DNA of 59,222 nt from an uncultured Clostridia bacterium. GTDB taxonomy: Bacteria > Bacillota > Clostridia > TANB77 > CAG-508. Below the pieces are notes generated by a model. The model did no database searches and was not told where the DNA came from. It saw nothing but the letters and a program-made list of their open reading frames with translations. Below are positions 1 through 10,190 of this stretch, one piece after another. The translations under genes were made by a program, and so were the position numbers. The stretch's first letter is position 1; each line of letters opens with the position of its first letter. The stretch is taken from contig CANQVM010000003.1 of the NCBI GenBank assembly GCA_947627265.1, positions 1 through 59,222 on the forward strand, in the 5' to 3' direction.

Positions 1-3
1 AGA

Positions 4-1227
4 ATGAGAGATATAATAACAGTAGCAAAATTTACTATGAAAGAAATGATGAGAAGAAAATCTTTCATAATAACAACGATTATCATAATGATTGTAATCG
101 TAATAGGATTTAATGGACCAAACATTGCTAAATTATTTTCAAACGATAATGGCGAAATGTTGCAGGGGGAGAAAGTAATAATTTCAGATAGTGAAAATAT
201 TTATGATGGAAAATTAGATGAGCTAACTAATGATCAACTACTAGAGTATAAAGTAGAAGTAACTCCAAGCACATTTGAAGAAATAAAAACAAAAATACAA
301 AACAATGAAATTAAAGCTGGAATAATAATAGAAAAGCAAGAAGATAATATATTATTTAGATATATTGTAAATGATACAATGGCTACAATGCCAGAAAATT
401 TAGATAAAGCATTACAAAAATTATATACTACTAATCAAATTGAAAAGTTAGGTTTAACTGCACAAAAAGCAAATGAAATTTTACCAGAATTTGAAACAAG
501 CACAGAACAAACTGAAGAAGTAAAAGGAAACACAGTAGTAATAATGGCAATTTCAATATTATTATTTTATGCAATATATTTCTGTGCATATCAAGTTTCA
601 AGTTCAATAACAACAGAAAAAACATCAAAAATAATGGAAACTTTAGTGACTTCAACAAGCCCAAGAACAATAGTAGTAGGAAAAACATTAGGAATAGGAA
701 TAGGTGGTTTATTACAAATGTTAATACTTGTATTAACTGCTGTAATTAGTGCAAAGTTATTCTTAGACCCAGCACTATTAGAAATAGTATTAGCATCTAC
801 ACAAGTTACACCATTTGTCGGAGTGCTTATGTTTGTATTCTTTATATTAGGATATTTCCTATTTGCAACATTATATGCTGTAACAGGTTCAACAGTAAGC
901 AAACCAGAAGATATACAATCAGCTAATACACCAGTTATGTTATTAACAATAGTTGGTTTTTACATAGGTCAAGCAGTACTTAATAAACCTGCTGGAGATA
1001 TGGCTGTATTTGGTACATACTTCCCACTATCTTCACCATTTTTAATGCCATTTAGAGTTATGATGGGATTAGCAACTACACAAGAAATATTACTATCACT
1101 TGCAATTTTAATAGTTTCAATAGCTGTAATTGCTCATATTGCAATAAAAATATATTCAAATGCAATTTTGAATTATGGTACAAAATTAAATATTCAAAAT
1201 CTTGTAAAAATGTATAAAACTAAATAA
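4..1227 (+). CDS. ABC-2 type transporter permease (NatB/YhaP-like)
   Basis: N-terminal TM helix, large extracellular loop, 'ITTEKTSKIMETLVTS' motif followed by several TM helices. Confidence 0.85.
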   Translation: MRDIITVAKFTMKEMMRRKSFIITTIIIMIVIVIGFNGPNIAKLFSNDNGEMLQGEKVIISDSENIYDGKLDELTNDQLLEYKVEVTPSTFEEIKTKIQNNEIKAGIIIEKQEDNILFRYIVNDTMATMPENLDKALQKLYTTNQIEKLGLTAQKANEILPEFETSTEQTEEVKGNTVVIMAISILLFYAIYFCAYQVSSSITTEKTSKIMETLVTSTSPRTIVVGKTLGIGIGGLLQMLILVLTAVISAKLFLDPALLEIVLASTQVTPFVGVLMFVFFILGYFLFATLYAVTGSTVSKPEDIQSANTPVMLLTIVGFYIGQAVLNKPAGDMAVFGTYFPLSSPFLMPFRVMMGLATTQEILLSLAILIVSIAVIAHIAIKIYSNAILNYGTKLNIQNLVKMYKTK

Positions 1228-1247
1228 ATTTTAAGGAGGAATAAATT

Positions 1248-1910
1248 ATGAAAGATATAAACATTACAGAAAAATATACGTTATGTGTGTTAAAAGAAAA
1301 AAAGAATTTATATGTGCAACAAGTAAAACCATACATAATTGTATCTATGATAGTTGAAATGATGATAGATGAAAATCTAGAAATTACAGACAAAGATAAA
1401 GTAAAACTAACTGATAAGGAGCCAACGGTAAATTATAATAAAAAATTATATGAGGTTATAAAAAATATGAAAAAGGAAGAAATCCCTTTGAAAAATATAA
1501 TAATGTCTATTTGCTTTGGAATGTCATTAAAAAACTTGAAAAGTATCGTTAATTTATTATTAGAAACTATGGAAAAAGATGAATTAATTACTATTGAAGA
1601 TCAAAAAGGATTATTGGGAAATAAAGAAAAAATAAATATAAACGAAAATAAATTTAAAGCCATTATTGAAGAAATAAAAAAAGAGTTTTTAGAAAACGGA
1701 AATTTTACAGACAATTTAATTTTATTAACTTCTTTGTTAGATTCTAGTAAATTTCTAAAAAATATCTTTAGCAAATATGAAAGAGAAGAAATAAAAGGCA
1801 AATTAAAAGAAATAAGAAATACAGAAATTGCTGAGAAGGTAAAGGTAGCGCAAAAAGCTATAAACTTTATGGTTGCTGAAATATCAACAGCTGTAATAAT
1901 TAGTACATAA
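1248..1910 (+). CDS. GPP34/GOLPH3-like family protein
   Basis: 220 aa, AAGGAGG RBS; pattern resembles bacterial GPP34 proteins, judged by eye. Confidence 0.55.
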   Translation: MKDINITEKYTLCVLKEKKNLYVQQVKPYIIVSMIVEMMIDENLEITDKDKVKLTDKEPTVNYNKKLYEVIKNMKKEEIPLKNIIMSICFGMSLKNLKSIVNLLLETMEKDELITIEDQKGLLGNKEKININENKFKAIIEEIKKEFLENGNFTDNLILLTSLLDSSKFLKNIFSKYEREEIKGKLKEIRNTEIAEKVKVAQKAINFMVAEISTAVIIST

Positions 1911-2010
1911 TCAGTATAAAATATGTTAATTTATTTCAGAAAAACGTTTTAACTATTTGCAAAATCATATAATTATGGTATGGTAAGTAATAATAAAAAA
2001 CAAAATTTAA

Positions 2011-2038
2011 GAGCTGGTATTTTACCAGCTCCATTTTT
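2011..2038. terminator. Intrinsic terminator hairpin
   Basis: GAGCTGGTA-ttt-TACCAGCTC with a T-run, between convergent ORFs. Confidence 0.7.
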
Positions 2039-2120
2039 ATAATTTTCTAACATTGTATATGCTTAGCAATATAACTATTATATATTTTAATTTATTTTTT
2101 TGTTTACTATGTTTACTCAT
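2037..2120 (-). CDS. Small 27-aa basic/hydrophobic peptide MSKHSKQKNKLKYIIVILLSIYNVRKL
   Basis: AAGGAG RBS upstream of ATG, TGTTATAAT extended -10 about 50 nt upstream, terminator hairpin right after the stop; not in ORF track. Confidence 0.4.
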   Translation of the reverse strand: MSKHSKQKNKLKYIIVILLSIYNVRKL

Positions 2121-2312
2121 ATTGTTCTCTCCTTGAATGTTATTTGTGCAGAAACTTTCTACACAAATATATTATAACATAATTTGTGATTTAATGTATA
2201 ATTTTAAAAAATTTATAAAATCTATTGACATTCATATAGTTGATCTCGTATAAGTAACTCCTTAATTTAAGATTTTATTAATTAATATAAATATACTAGA
2301 TATTGATAACAT

Positions 2313-2620
2313 TTATAATAATGTTATCCAATTTCCTCTTCCATACATAACTCTTACAATTTGTATATTTTCATTGTTTATTCTATAAAAAATAATATAA
2401 TTATCAACTAATAGTTTTCTAATTTCAAATCTTTTTATTATATCATCATCTATAATAGCATAGATTTCAGGATTATTCTCTAATTTATCTATTTCATTTT
2501 TATCTTTTTAATTAACTTCTGAGCAGTATTAGGTTCTTGTAAATTATATTTAATGTATCGTTTTATATCCGTTAAATCTTGTTTTGATTCCATTGAATAT
2601 TCTATATTATATTTTTTCAA
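2313..2620 (-). pseudogene. RelE/ParE family toxin with a 1-bp deletion
   Basis: TTG start after AGAGGA; MKKYNIEYSMESKQDLTDIKRYIKYNLQEPNTA...; one A missing near 2497-2500; other frame continues ...NYIIFYRINNENIQIVRVMYGRGNW; 308 nt = 3n-1. Confidence 0.8.
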
Positions 2621-2640
2621 ATGCAAATCCTCTTTCTTTT

Positions 2641-2895
2641 TTAAATTGTATCTAACTTGTCAAAAACTTCTTTTGATGAATATTTTTTGCCATTTTCTAA
2701 TGACTTAATTCCTTTTTCCAATTCTTTATATAAAGTATACTTATCTGTTAAAAGTTCGTATAATTCAATACTCATTACTGCTAAATCTCCTGTACCATTT
2801 TTAGTAATATATACTGGACTATTTGTTTGATGGCAAATTGTAGAAATTTCATTATAATTATTTCTTAAATCAGAACTTGGTCTAATAATTGGCAT
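2641..2895 (-). CDS. Phd/YefM family antitoxin
   Basis: MPIIRPSSDLRNNYNEIS...PVYITKNG; GGAGG RBS before ATG at 2895; directly upstream of the toxin. Confidence 0.9.
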   Translation of the reverse strand: MPIIRPSSDLRNNYNEISTICHQTNSPVYITKNGTGDLAVMSIELYELLTDKYTLYKELEKGIKSLENGKKYSSKEVFDKLDTI

Positions 2896-3424
2896 ACTAA
2901 ACACCTCCATAAATATTATATACATATTTTATCAAAATATTGATATCCAGTAAATATTTTTCAATTAATTTTATTTTTAAAACTTATTAATACAATTATA
3001 GTTGCATTAAAATTACATTAAAAATTGCTTTTGCATTTTGAAAGTGTTGACATTATTAAAATTTCAAAAATATTAAACCGGAGTACGCCTCCAATTACAA
3101 ATCTGTTTGAACTTTTTTGGAACAGTAGATACAAAAATCAATCAGAATTAAACTGGTTGATTTTTTTGTTTGCAAAAAAATCTTCTAAATTATATAAAAT
3201 ACAAGCAAACAGAACAAATTTTTAACAAACAAGTAAAAAATTTTTACTTGTATAATAAATAAAAATATGCTATATTAAAAAAAAGAAAATGAAATGATAG
3301 TTATCTTTTTTATATTTAAACAATTACGAAATAATTAATATAATTGTAAATATTGATAATTAGTCAAATAAAAGGTAAAATAAACTAAAACATATTTACT
3401 TAAATAAAAGGAGGCTAAAAAACG

Positions 3425-4099
3425 ATGAATAATAAAATATTTATTAAACTAGTTATATCTACAATAATTCTTGCAATATTTGATGTAATACTATTTTCAC
3501 CAGGAATAGTAGGTTTGACCTTTTCTAGCAATGCAATTTTGTTTTGTTTAATAATACTAATTAATGTAGTATTTTTAGTATTAGAGTATGTATTTATGAC
3601 ACATTCGACTATTGCAAAATATGGATATGATTTAGATAAATTAAAAGATGAAAATGATTATAAAGAAGCTTTAGAGTCAAAACTTGATAAAAAGTCACCA
3701 TTTTACAATGAAGTAACTCAAGCATTAACAGAACTAGACTCAATGACTAAAAAGAAAAAGGTTTTAGCGGAGCTCTTAGAGCAGAATAATCAAGAACATT
3801 TTACAGCACTAACAGATTTAGGTAATCAAGCGACAAATTTTCTCTTTAATAATATACGAAAAATTTTAAATAGAATTGCAATTTTTGATTCAGATATAAA
3901 AGGCTCATTAGAAAATGAGCATAAAATATATATAAAAAAAATTTTAGATAGTAATGAGGAAATACTTGTAGAATTTAACAAATTACTAACTGAAGTTTCT
4001 CAAATGGATAATACTGCTTCTGATGATACTTTAAGTAAGATTTTAAATGATATGACAAATTCATTAAAAACTCTTAGAGGTGAAAATGACTCAATATAA
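3425..4099 (+). CDS. Membrane-anchored helical protein (XpaC-like role), first gene of vWA/TelA operon
   Basis: Two N-terminal TM helices, helical C-terminus, GGAGG RBS, operon context. Confidence 0.6.
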   Translation: MNNKIFIKLVISTIILAIFDVILFSPGIVGLTFSSNAILFCLIILINVVFLVLEYVFMTHSTIAKYGYDLDKLKDENDYKEALESKLDKKSPFYNEVTQALTELDSMTKKKKVLAELLEQNNQEHFTALTDLGNQATNFLFNNIRKILNRIAIFDSDIKGSLENEHKIYIKKILDSNEEILVEFNKLLTEVSQMDNTASDDTLSKILNDMTNSLKTLRGENDSI

Positions 4100-4115
4100 A
4101 AGAAAGGAATAAAAA

Positions 4116-5792
4116 ATGTTAAAAATAGATAACCCAAAAAATAAATTTATAATTTTGATTGTTGTGTTTCTAGTTATTATAATTTTAGGAATTAGTATAA
4201 CTCAAGAAATTGGAAGATCACCTAGTGAAAAATCTCTTGCATATTTAAAGAGATATTTAAAAAGCGTAAATGTAACTACAGATATACCTACAAAAAGCAA
4301 TGTATCATCACAAAAAACATCTTTAAAGGATGAGTTGCCTGATATTAATCAATATGACCTAAGTGTTAAAGGAAATGGCCAAGTTAATATAGAAATATTC
4401 TCTTCACCAGAAAAGGCTGGAGATGGAGTTGATGGTTGGCTAAAAGAAGTTGCTGAAAAGTTTAATAATAGTAATTATAAAGTTGATGGAAAGTCAGCTA
4501 CGGTTTCAGTACGTAACATATCATCAGGAGATGCGGTGGACTACATTATTTCGGGTAAATATATACCAGAGCTGTTTGCACCTTCTAACGAATTATGGGT
4601 AGCTATGGCTCAGGCGCAATCCGCTAATTTAGAAAAAGTAGCTGATTCAATGGTACAAAATACTGCTGGTATATTACTTTCTCAAAAAACATATAAAGAC
4701 TTAGAAGCTAAATATGGTAAAGCTGATTTATCTGCAATAGTTCAGGCTACTATAAATAATGAAATTTCATTTGGATATACTAACCCTTATGCAAGCTCTA
4801 CAGGATTAAACTTCTTATTGTCAACACTTGAATATTTTGATTCTTCAAATTTATTAAGCGACAAAGCAAAGGAAGAATTCCAAAAATTCCAACAAAATAT
4901 TCCATTTGTATCTTATAATACTGTACAAATGAGAACATCAGCTGAAAATGGATCTTTAGATGCTTTTATTATGGAATATCAAACATATTCTAATGATGCT
5001 ACTTTGAAAAACAATTATACTTTTATACCATTTGGAGTGCCACATAACAATCCTTTGTATGTATGTGGAAGCCTTGATAATGCAAAATCGCAATTAGTTA
5101 AAGCGTTTACAGAATATGCTCTTAATAATGAAAATCAAAATTTAGCTATTAATTATGGATTTAACAATAATGAGTATAAATCAGATGGAAAAATGGATTA
5201 TGATGGAAATACAATTTTACAAGTACAACAATTATGGAAAGAAGAAAAAGATTCTGGAAAACCAATCATAGCTGTATTTGTATCTGATGTATCAGGAAGT
5301 ATGGCTGGAACCGCTATTACAAACTTGAAGAAGTCATTAATTAATGGAGGCCAATACATAAATAGCAATAATTATATCGGACTTGTAAGCTACAGTACAG
5401 ATGTAACAATCAATTTACCTATTGATCAATTCGACATAAATCAACACTCTTTATTTAATAGCGCTGTTCAAAATTTGTCAGCTTCTGGTAACACCTCTAC
5501 ATTTGATGCAGTATTAGTAGCGACAAATATGTTAATAGAAAAACAAAAAGAAGTCCCTGATTCTAAATTAATGATGTTTGTACTAAGTGATGGTGAAACA
5601 AATATGGGGCATAGTTTAGAAGATGCATCAAGAGTTGTAAAAAATTTAAATATTCCAATTTATACTATTGGATATAATGCAGATATTGATGCATTACAAA
5701 AAATTTCAAGCATTAATGAAGCTGCTAATATCAATGCAGATTCAGAGGATGTTATTTATCAATTAAGGAATTTATTTAATTCAAATTTATAA
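4116..5792 (+). CDS. Extracellular solute-binding-like domain plus C-terminal vWA domain protein
   Basis: N-terminal TM anchor; MIDAS 'DVSGSM' and 'VLSDGETN'. Confidence 0.85.
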   Translation: MLKIDNPKNKFIILIVVFLVIIILGISITQEIGRSPSEKSLAYLKRYLKSVNVTTDIPTKSNVSSQKTSLKDELPDINQYDLSVKGNGQVNIEIFSSPEKAGDGVDGWLKEVAEKFNNSNYKVDGKSATVSVRNISSGDAVDYIISGKYIPELFAPSNELWVAMAQAQSANLEKVADSMVQNTAGILLSQKTYKDLEAKYGKADLSAIVQATINNEISFGYTNPYASSTGLNFLLSTLEYFDSSNLLSDKAKEEFQKFQQNIPFVSYNTVQMRTSAENGSLDAFIMEYQTYSNDATLKNNYTFIPFGVPHNNPLYVCGSLDNAKSQLVKAFTEYALNNENQNLAINYGFNNNEYKSDGKMDYDGNTILQVQQLWKEEKDSGKPIIAVFVSDVSGSMAGTAITNLKKSLINGGQYINSNNYIGLVSYSTDVTINLPIDQFDINQHSLFNSAVQNLSASGNTSTFDAVLVATNMLIEKQKEVPDSKLMMFVLSDGETNMGHSLEDASRVVKNLNIPIYTIGYNADIDALQKISSINEAANINADSEDVIYQLRNLFNSNL

Positions 5793-5815
5793 TTTATAAA
5801 GGAAGGAATAAAAAA

Positions 5816-6994
5816 ATGGAAGAATTAGAAATAAAAGTTGGAGAGAAAGTTGATAATAAAGAATTAGAAACTACTTTATTAGAAGGAAATGAAATTTCAG
5901 AAACAAAAATTGAAAACTCTTTAAATTATGATAAATTAACTCCAGAAGAAAAAAGTGCAATTGATACATTTTTAACAAAACTTGATGCTACAAATACAGC
6001 TCAAGTATTACAATTTGGAACTTCTGCTCAAAATAATATATCTAAATTTTCAGATTCAGTTTTAGCAGAGGTGAAAACAAAGCAAACAGGTGCAGTGGGA
6101 GATTTATTATCATCTTTAGTAAGCGAAATAAAGTCTTTTAATAATGAAACTACAGCACTTACAACTGAACAAAAAGGATTTTTCGGAATATTTAGGTCAG
6201 CTAAAAAGCAATTTGATAAAATTCTCGCAAAATACAATAAAGTAGAGACAAATATTGATAGTATTGAAAAAATGTTAGAAGCTCAAAAATTAACTATGTT
6301 AAAAGATATTTCAACATTTGATATTATGTATGAAAAGAACTTAGAATACTTCAAGCAATTATCTTTATACATTATAGCTGGAGAGAAGAAATTAGAGGAA
6401 TTGAATAATGTTACGCTTCCAGAGCTTCAACAAAGAGCTCAAGAAACAAATGATCAATTAGATATTCAAGCAGTAAAAGATATGTCAGATACTATAAATA
6501 GATTTGAAAAGAAAATATATGATTTAAAAACTACAAGAATAATTTCTATACAAATGGCACCTCAAATTAGACTTATTCAAAATAACGATAGTGAACTTAT
6601 AAATAAAATTCAAAGTTCTCTTATTAATACGATTCCTCTTTGGAAAAACCAAGTTGTTATTGCTTTAGGTTTGGCTAATTCTAAAACTGCTTTAGAAACC
6701 CAAAAGAAGGTTACTGACCTTACTAATGAGATGCTTAAAGAAAATAGTGAAATATTAAAACAAGGTACTACTCAAATTGCTCAGGAATCTGAAAGAGCTA
6801 TTGTAGATGTTGAAACATTACAAAAAACTAATAATGATTTAATTGAAACAATTGATAATTTAATTCAAATTCATTCTGATGGTAAAGCTAAGAGATTAGC
6901 AGCTGAAGGAGAACTTGTTAAAATAGAATCAGAACTTAAAAATAAACTTTTAGAAATAAAAATTGAAACAGAAAACAATATAAATAAAGAGTAA
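5816..6994 (+). CDS. Toxic anion resistance protein (TelA/KlaA family)
   Basis: 'QMAPQIRLIQNND..L..KIQSS..NTIPLWKNQ' motif. Confidence 0.9.
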   Translation: MEELEIKVGEKVDNKELETTLLEGNEISETKIENSLNYDKLTPEEKSAIDTFLTKLDATNTAQVLQFGTSAQNNISKFSDSVLAEVKTKQTGAVGDLLSSLVSEIKSFNNETTALTTEQKGFFGIFRSAKKQFDKILAKYNKVETNIDSIEKMLEAQKLTMLKDISTFDIMYEKNLEYFKQLSLYIIAGEKKLEELNNVTLPELQQRAQETNDQLDIQAVKDMSDTINRFEKKIYDLKTTRIISIQMAPQIRLIQNNDSELINKIQSSLINTIPLWKNQVVIALGLANSKTALETQKKVTDLTNEMLKENSEILKQGTTQIAQESERAIVDVETLQKTNNDLIETIDNLIQIHSDGKAKRLAAEGELVKIESELKNKLLEIKIETENNINKE

Positions 6995-7020
6995 AAAATA
7001 GTGCAATAAAGTACATACAA

Positions 7021-7050
7021 AAGTTCCAGTGATTTCTTACTGGAATTTTT
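7021..7050 (+). terminator. Intrinsic terminator
   Basis: AAGTTCCAGT...ACTGGAATTTTT hairpin after the telA-like gene. Confidence 0.7.
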
Positions 7051-7300
7051 ACTGTACAACGGGCTTGTCATCATGTTAATTACAAAAAATGAAGAAGAAG
7101 CGAAGAAGTATTATAGTAAAATAAAATTAGATTTTAATCAGTAAATTTCAAATCAAATTATAACTTATAGTTAAAAAATATTAAAGTCTAAGGAAACTCT
7201 TCAGTGAAAAAACTCATATGAGCTTTAAAAAATGATGCAAAATAAGATTTTATATGATATAATAATTTTATAAATAAAAATAATGAAAGGATAATGAAAG

Positions 7301-7801
7301 GTGTTATATATAATAATATTAGTTATATTAATAATATTAATTTACAATTTAATAACTTATAATATATTTATAAAAAAACAGAATGCCGTAAAACATGCAA
7401 AATCTTCAATAGAAGTGTATTTAAATCAAAGATTTGATTTAATTCCTAATTTAGTAAAATGTGTAAAAGAATATACAAATTATGAGGCGAAAACTTTTGA
7501 AAAAATTACAAGATTACGAGCCGAATATATGAATAAAAGGGAATTAACAAAAGGAGGTATACTAGATACAGAAGTTAATAAAACAGTTTTATTATTAGAA
7601 AATTATCCTGAGTTAAGGGCAAATGAGGAATATTTAAATTTACAGAGAAACTTAACAAAAATGGAAAATCAAATACAAGCTGCTCGAAGAATTTATAATA
7701 ACGAAGTAGAAAAGTATAATAATTTTACAAATATATTCCCTAATAATATACTAGCAAATATATTAAAGTTTAAAAAAGAAAAATTTTTTGAAATGGAGTA
7801 A
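7301..7801 (+). CDS. lemA: LemA family protein
   Basis: N-terminal TM; 'QRFDLIPNLV', 'ENYPELRANE', 'ARRIYN' motifs. Confidence 0.9.
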   Translation: MLYIIILVILIILIYNLITYNIFIKKQNAVKHAKSSIEVYLNQRFDLIPNLVKCVKEYTNYEAKTFEKITRLRAEYMNKRELTKGGILDTEVNKTVLLLENYPELRANEEYLNLQRNLTKMENQIQAARRIYNNEVEKYNNFTNIFPNNILANILKFKKEKFFEME

Positions 7802-8958
7802 AAATAAATTGGATATTTTAAAAAGCATAATAAAATGGATTATAATATCATTTTTTCTATTAATACGGAGTGATTTTGGTTTCATATTTAATTGCTACAA
7901 CAAAAGGTATTTGGCCAATTGTTATTATAGGAATAGTATTATTTGCTGTTATTCTTTATGTAGTAGAAACCCAAGTAAAATCGTTTGGTATTGCAAAAAC
8001 ACATAAAAATAAAAAACATAATAAAATAAGAAAAACAACTATGAGTTATGAATTTAAAAAAATATATAATTATATTGAAGAACAATATGTAAGCGAATTA
8101 GAAGAAAATAGAAAAAAATTAATAAAATCTATTATAATATGTCTTGTATTATTTATAATAGCAGTTACATTATGTATTATTTTCGAAAAAAAGACACATT
8201 TTAGCACACGAAAAAGTTATTCAATATTAGGAATTATATTCTTACCAGCAGTACTATATTATGTATATAAATATAAAAAATATAATGATATATATGTTAA
8301 AAGTTTCAAAGATACAATTATAAAAAATTTTGTTAAATATATAAATCATAATTTAGAATATCATCAAAAAGGTGGAAAAAATTTATTTCATTATTATTTA
8401 GATGCAAAATTTGAAGATAAACAATTTAACGATTTTACAACAGATGACTATATAGAAGGTATTAATGAAAATGGAACAAATATAGAAATGTGTAATATTG
8501 CCTTAGAAAATTATAATAACAATGGCGAATTTTTGAATATGGTATATGAAGGTATATTTTCAGTTACAAAATTAAATAATTATGTAACTGGTGAAATAAG
8601 AATTAAAAAAAACCAATATATATTAAAAAATAAACATAACAAGGTTGAGATGGATAATAATGAATTTGAAAAATACTTTGATGTATATTCTAACTATAAT
8701 ATTTTAGCAATGCAAATATTAACTCATGATATTATGGAGGAATTACTACAATTTTATAATACATATAAAATTAACTGTGAAATAGTAATAAAAGATAACA
8801 ATATTTATATAAGGTTTGATACAGGAGTTATGTTTGAACCTAATATATTAAAGAAAACAGAAGATATGAATACTTTATGGGTTTATTATAGCGTTTTAAA
8901 ATTTGTTACTAATTTTACTGTAAAAGTAAATAAATTATTAAAGGATTTAGATGTGTGA
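7788..8958 (+). CDS. DUF3137-like membrane protein, joined by a +1 shift at CGG 7866-7868
   Basis: ATA C|GGA GTG joins ...FFLLI-G-VILVSYL into one TM helix; 'FEKYFDVYS...ILT..IME' motif; follows lemA; start may be TTG 7809. Confidence 0.7.
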
Positions 8959-9230
8959 TATATTCCATTGCAGACATATTGTTTTACTAGAATATTTTGA
9001 TGTTCCGAAACAAATGTAAAATAGCTAAAAATGTTGACACTGTAAACATAGGTTAGTATACTTGTCTTTTTGTACTTTGATGAAAGTGAACAATGAGAAC
9101 TTCGTGTTAATCAGATGGTTCTTTACAAAGAGGTATAACAAATATTCAAATAAGAGCTGATGTGTATAAAACATTTAATAATTGTAATGATATATACATA
9201 TCTGTTTTAAGAGATTTTTATTAAGAATTT

Positions 9231-9259
9231 TCCCCGATAATTTTCATAATTATCGGGGA
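9231..9259. terminator. Hairpin terminator between convergent genes
   Basis: TCCCCGATAATT...AATTATCGGGGA inverted repeat. Confidence 0.7.
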
Positions 9260-9290
9260 TTAACATTATTTTAATATTGATATTTAGGTG

Positions 9291-10127
9291 TTAATGTACT
9301 TCTCTAAAAAATCTGTATTCACTACCAGAAGTGGTTTTTCCTTTGTATACATAGCCATTATATATTCCACCATTACTATCATCTAAATTAACATCGAGTT
9401 TCATATTGTATGCAAAGCTTTGATTTAATTTGTTGATTATATGAATTGTAAAATTTAAAGTATAGTTAATATCTTCTAAATTAATATTTGCTTCTTTTAA
9501 AACTTTGCCATTAAAAGATACTGATTTTGAATTGTCTGAAACAGAATAATTAGTTAAAATGTCTTTATTTATATAACCTAAAGTTATTGGATTAGAGCAG
9601 TCTGTATAAAAAGTAGGGTCATCATAATTATTATTTTCATTTTCTGAATTAGTATTTATAATTTTAAAATCAATTCTATTATTAGATGGTTGGTTTAAAT
9701 CTTTATATTCTCCAAAACTTAAAGCATTTTTATAATTTAACATTTTCGAGCCAACATCTGATGCGGATGTAATAACAATATTATCAATATACAATTCTTT
9801 TACAGTATTTTCTTCTGTTAAATCAGAAACAGATTGACTATTATCAATATATATGGATAAGTCTGAATATTGCAAAATACTCATATTATTTAAAGATAAG
9901 TTATCTGAATTATCCATAGCATCTGCACTACTATATAATAATATTTTTTGAATACTGAAGATTGTATTTTCATTATTATCAGAAATTTCAATCATTTCAT
10001 TAGCAAATTTATTTTTAGCAAAAGAATTTGAAAGTACAAAATTATAATATAGTAAAAATACTATAAACGCTAATATCATTAATATAACAAATGCAAGTTT
10101 TACATTTTTTATTTTAAATCTATTCAT
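9291..10127 (-). CDS. Hypothetical membrane-anchored protein
   Basis: 278-aa ORF with N-terminal TM helix and AAGGA RBS. Confidence 0.7.
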   Translation of the reverse strand: MNRFKIKNVKLAFVILMILAFIVFLLYYNFVLSNSFAKNKFANEMIEISDNNENTIFSIQKILLYSSADAMDNSDNLSLNNMSILQYSDLSIYIDNSQSVSDLTEENTVKELYIDNIVITSASDVGSKMLNYKNALSFGEYKDLNQPSNNRIDFKIINTNSENENNNYDDPTFYTDCSNPITLGYINKDILTNYSVSDNSKSVSFNGKVLKEANINLEDINYTLNFTIHIINKLNQSFAYNMKLDVNLDDSNGGIYNGYVYKGKTTSGSEYRFFREVH

Positions 10128-10190
10128 TCTTTAAATTTATTCCTTTCTTGCTGTGTTTATATATACAAATAATTACGAAAAGTATTATTT

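Noticed and set aside
3025-3225. 66-aa ORF containing an in-frame CGG
   Set aside because: No RBS, TTG start, no recognisable family, lies in a divergent promoter region; probably non-coding, so not counted for or against the CGG rule.
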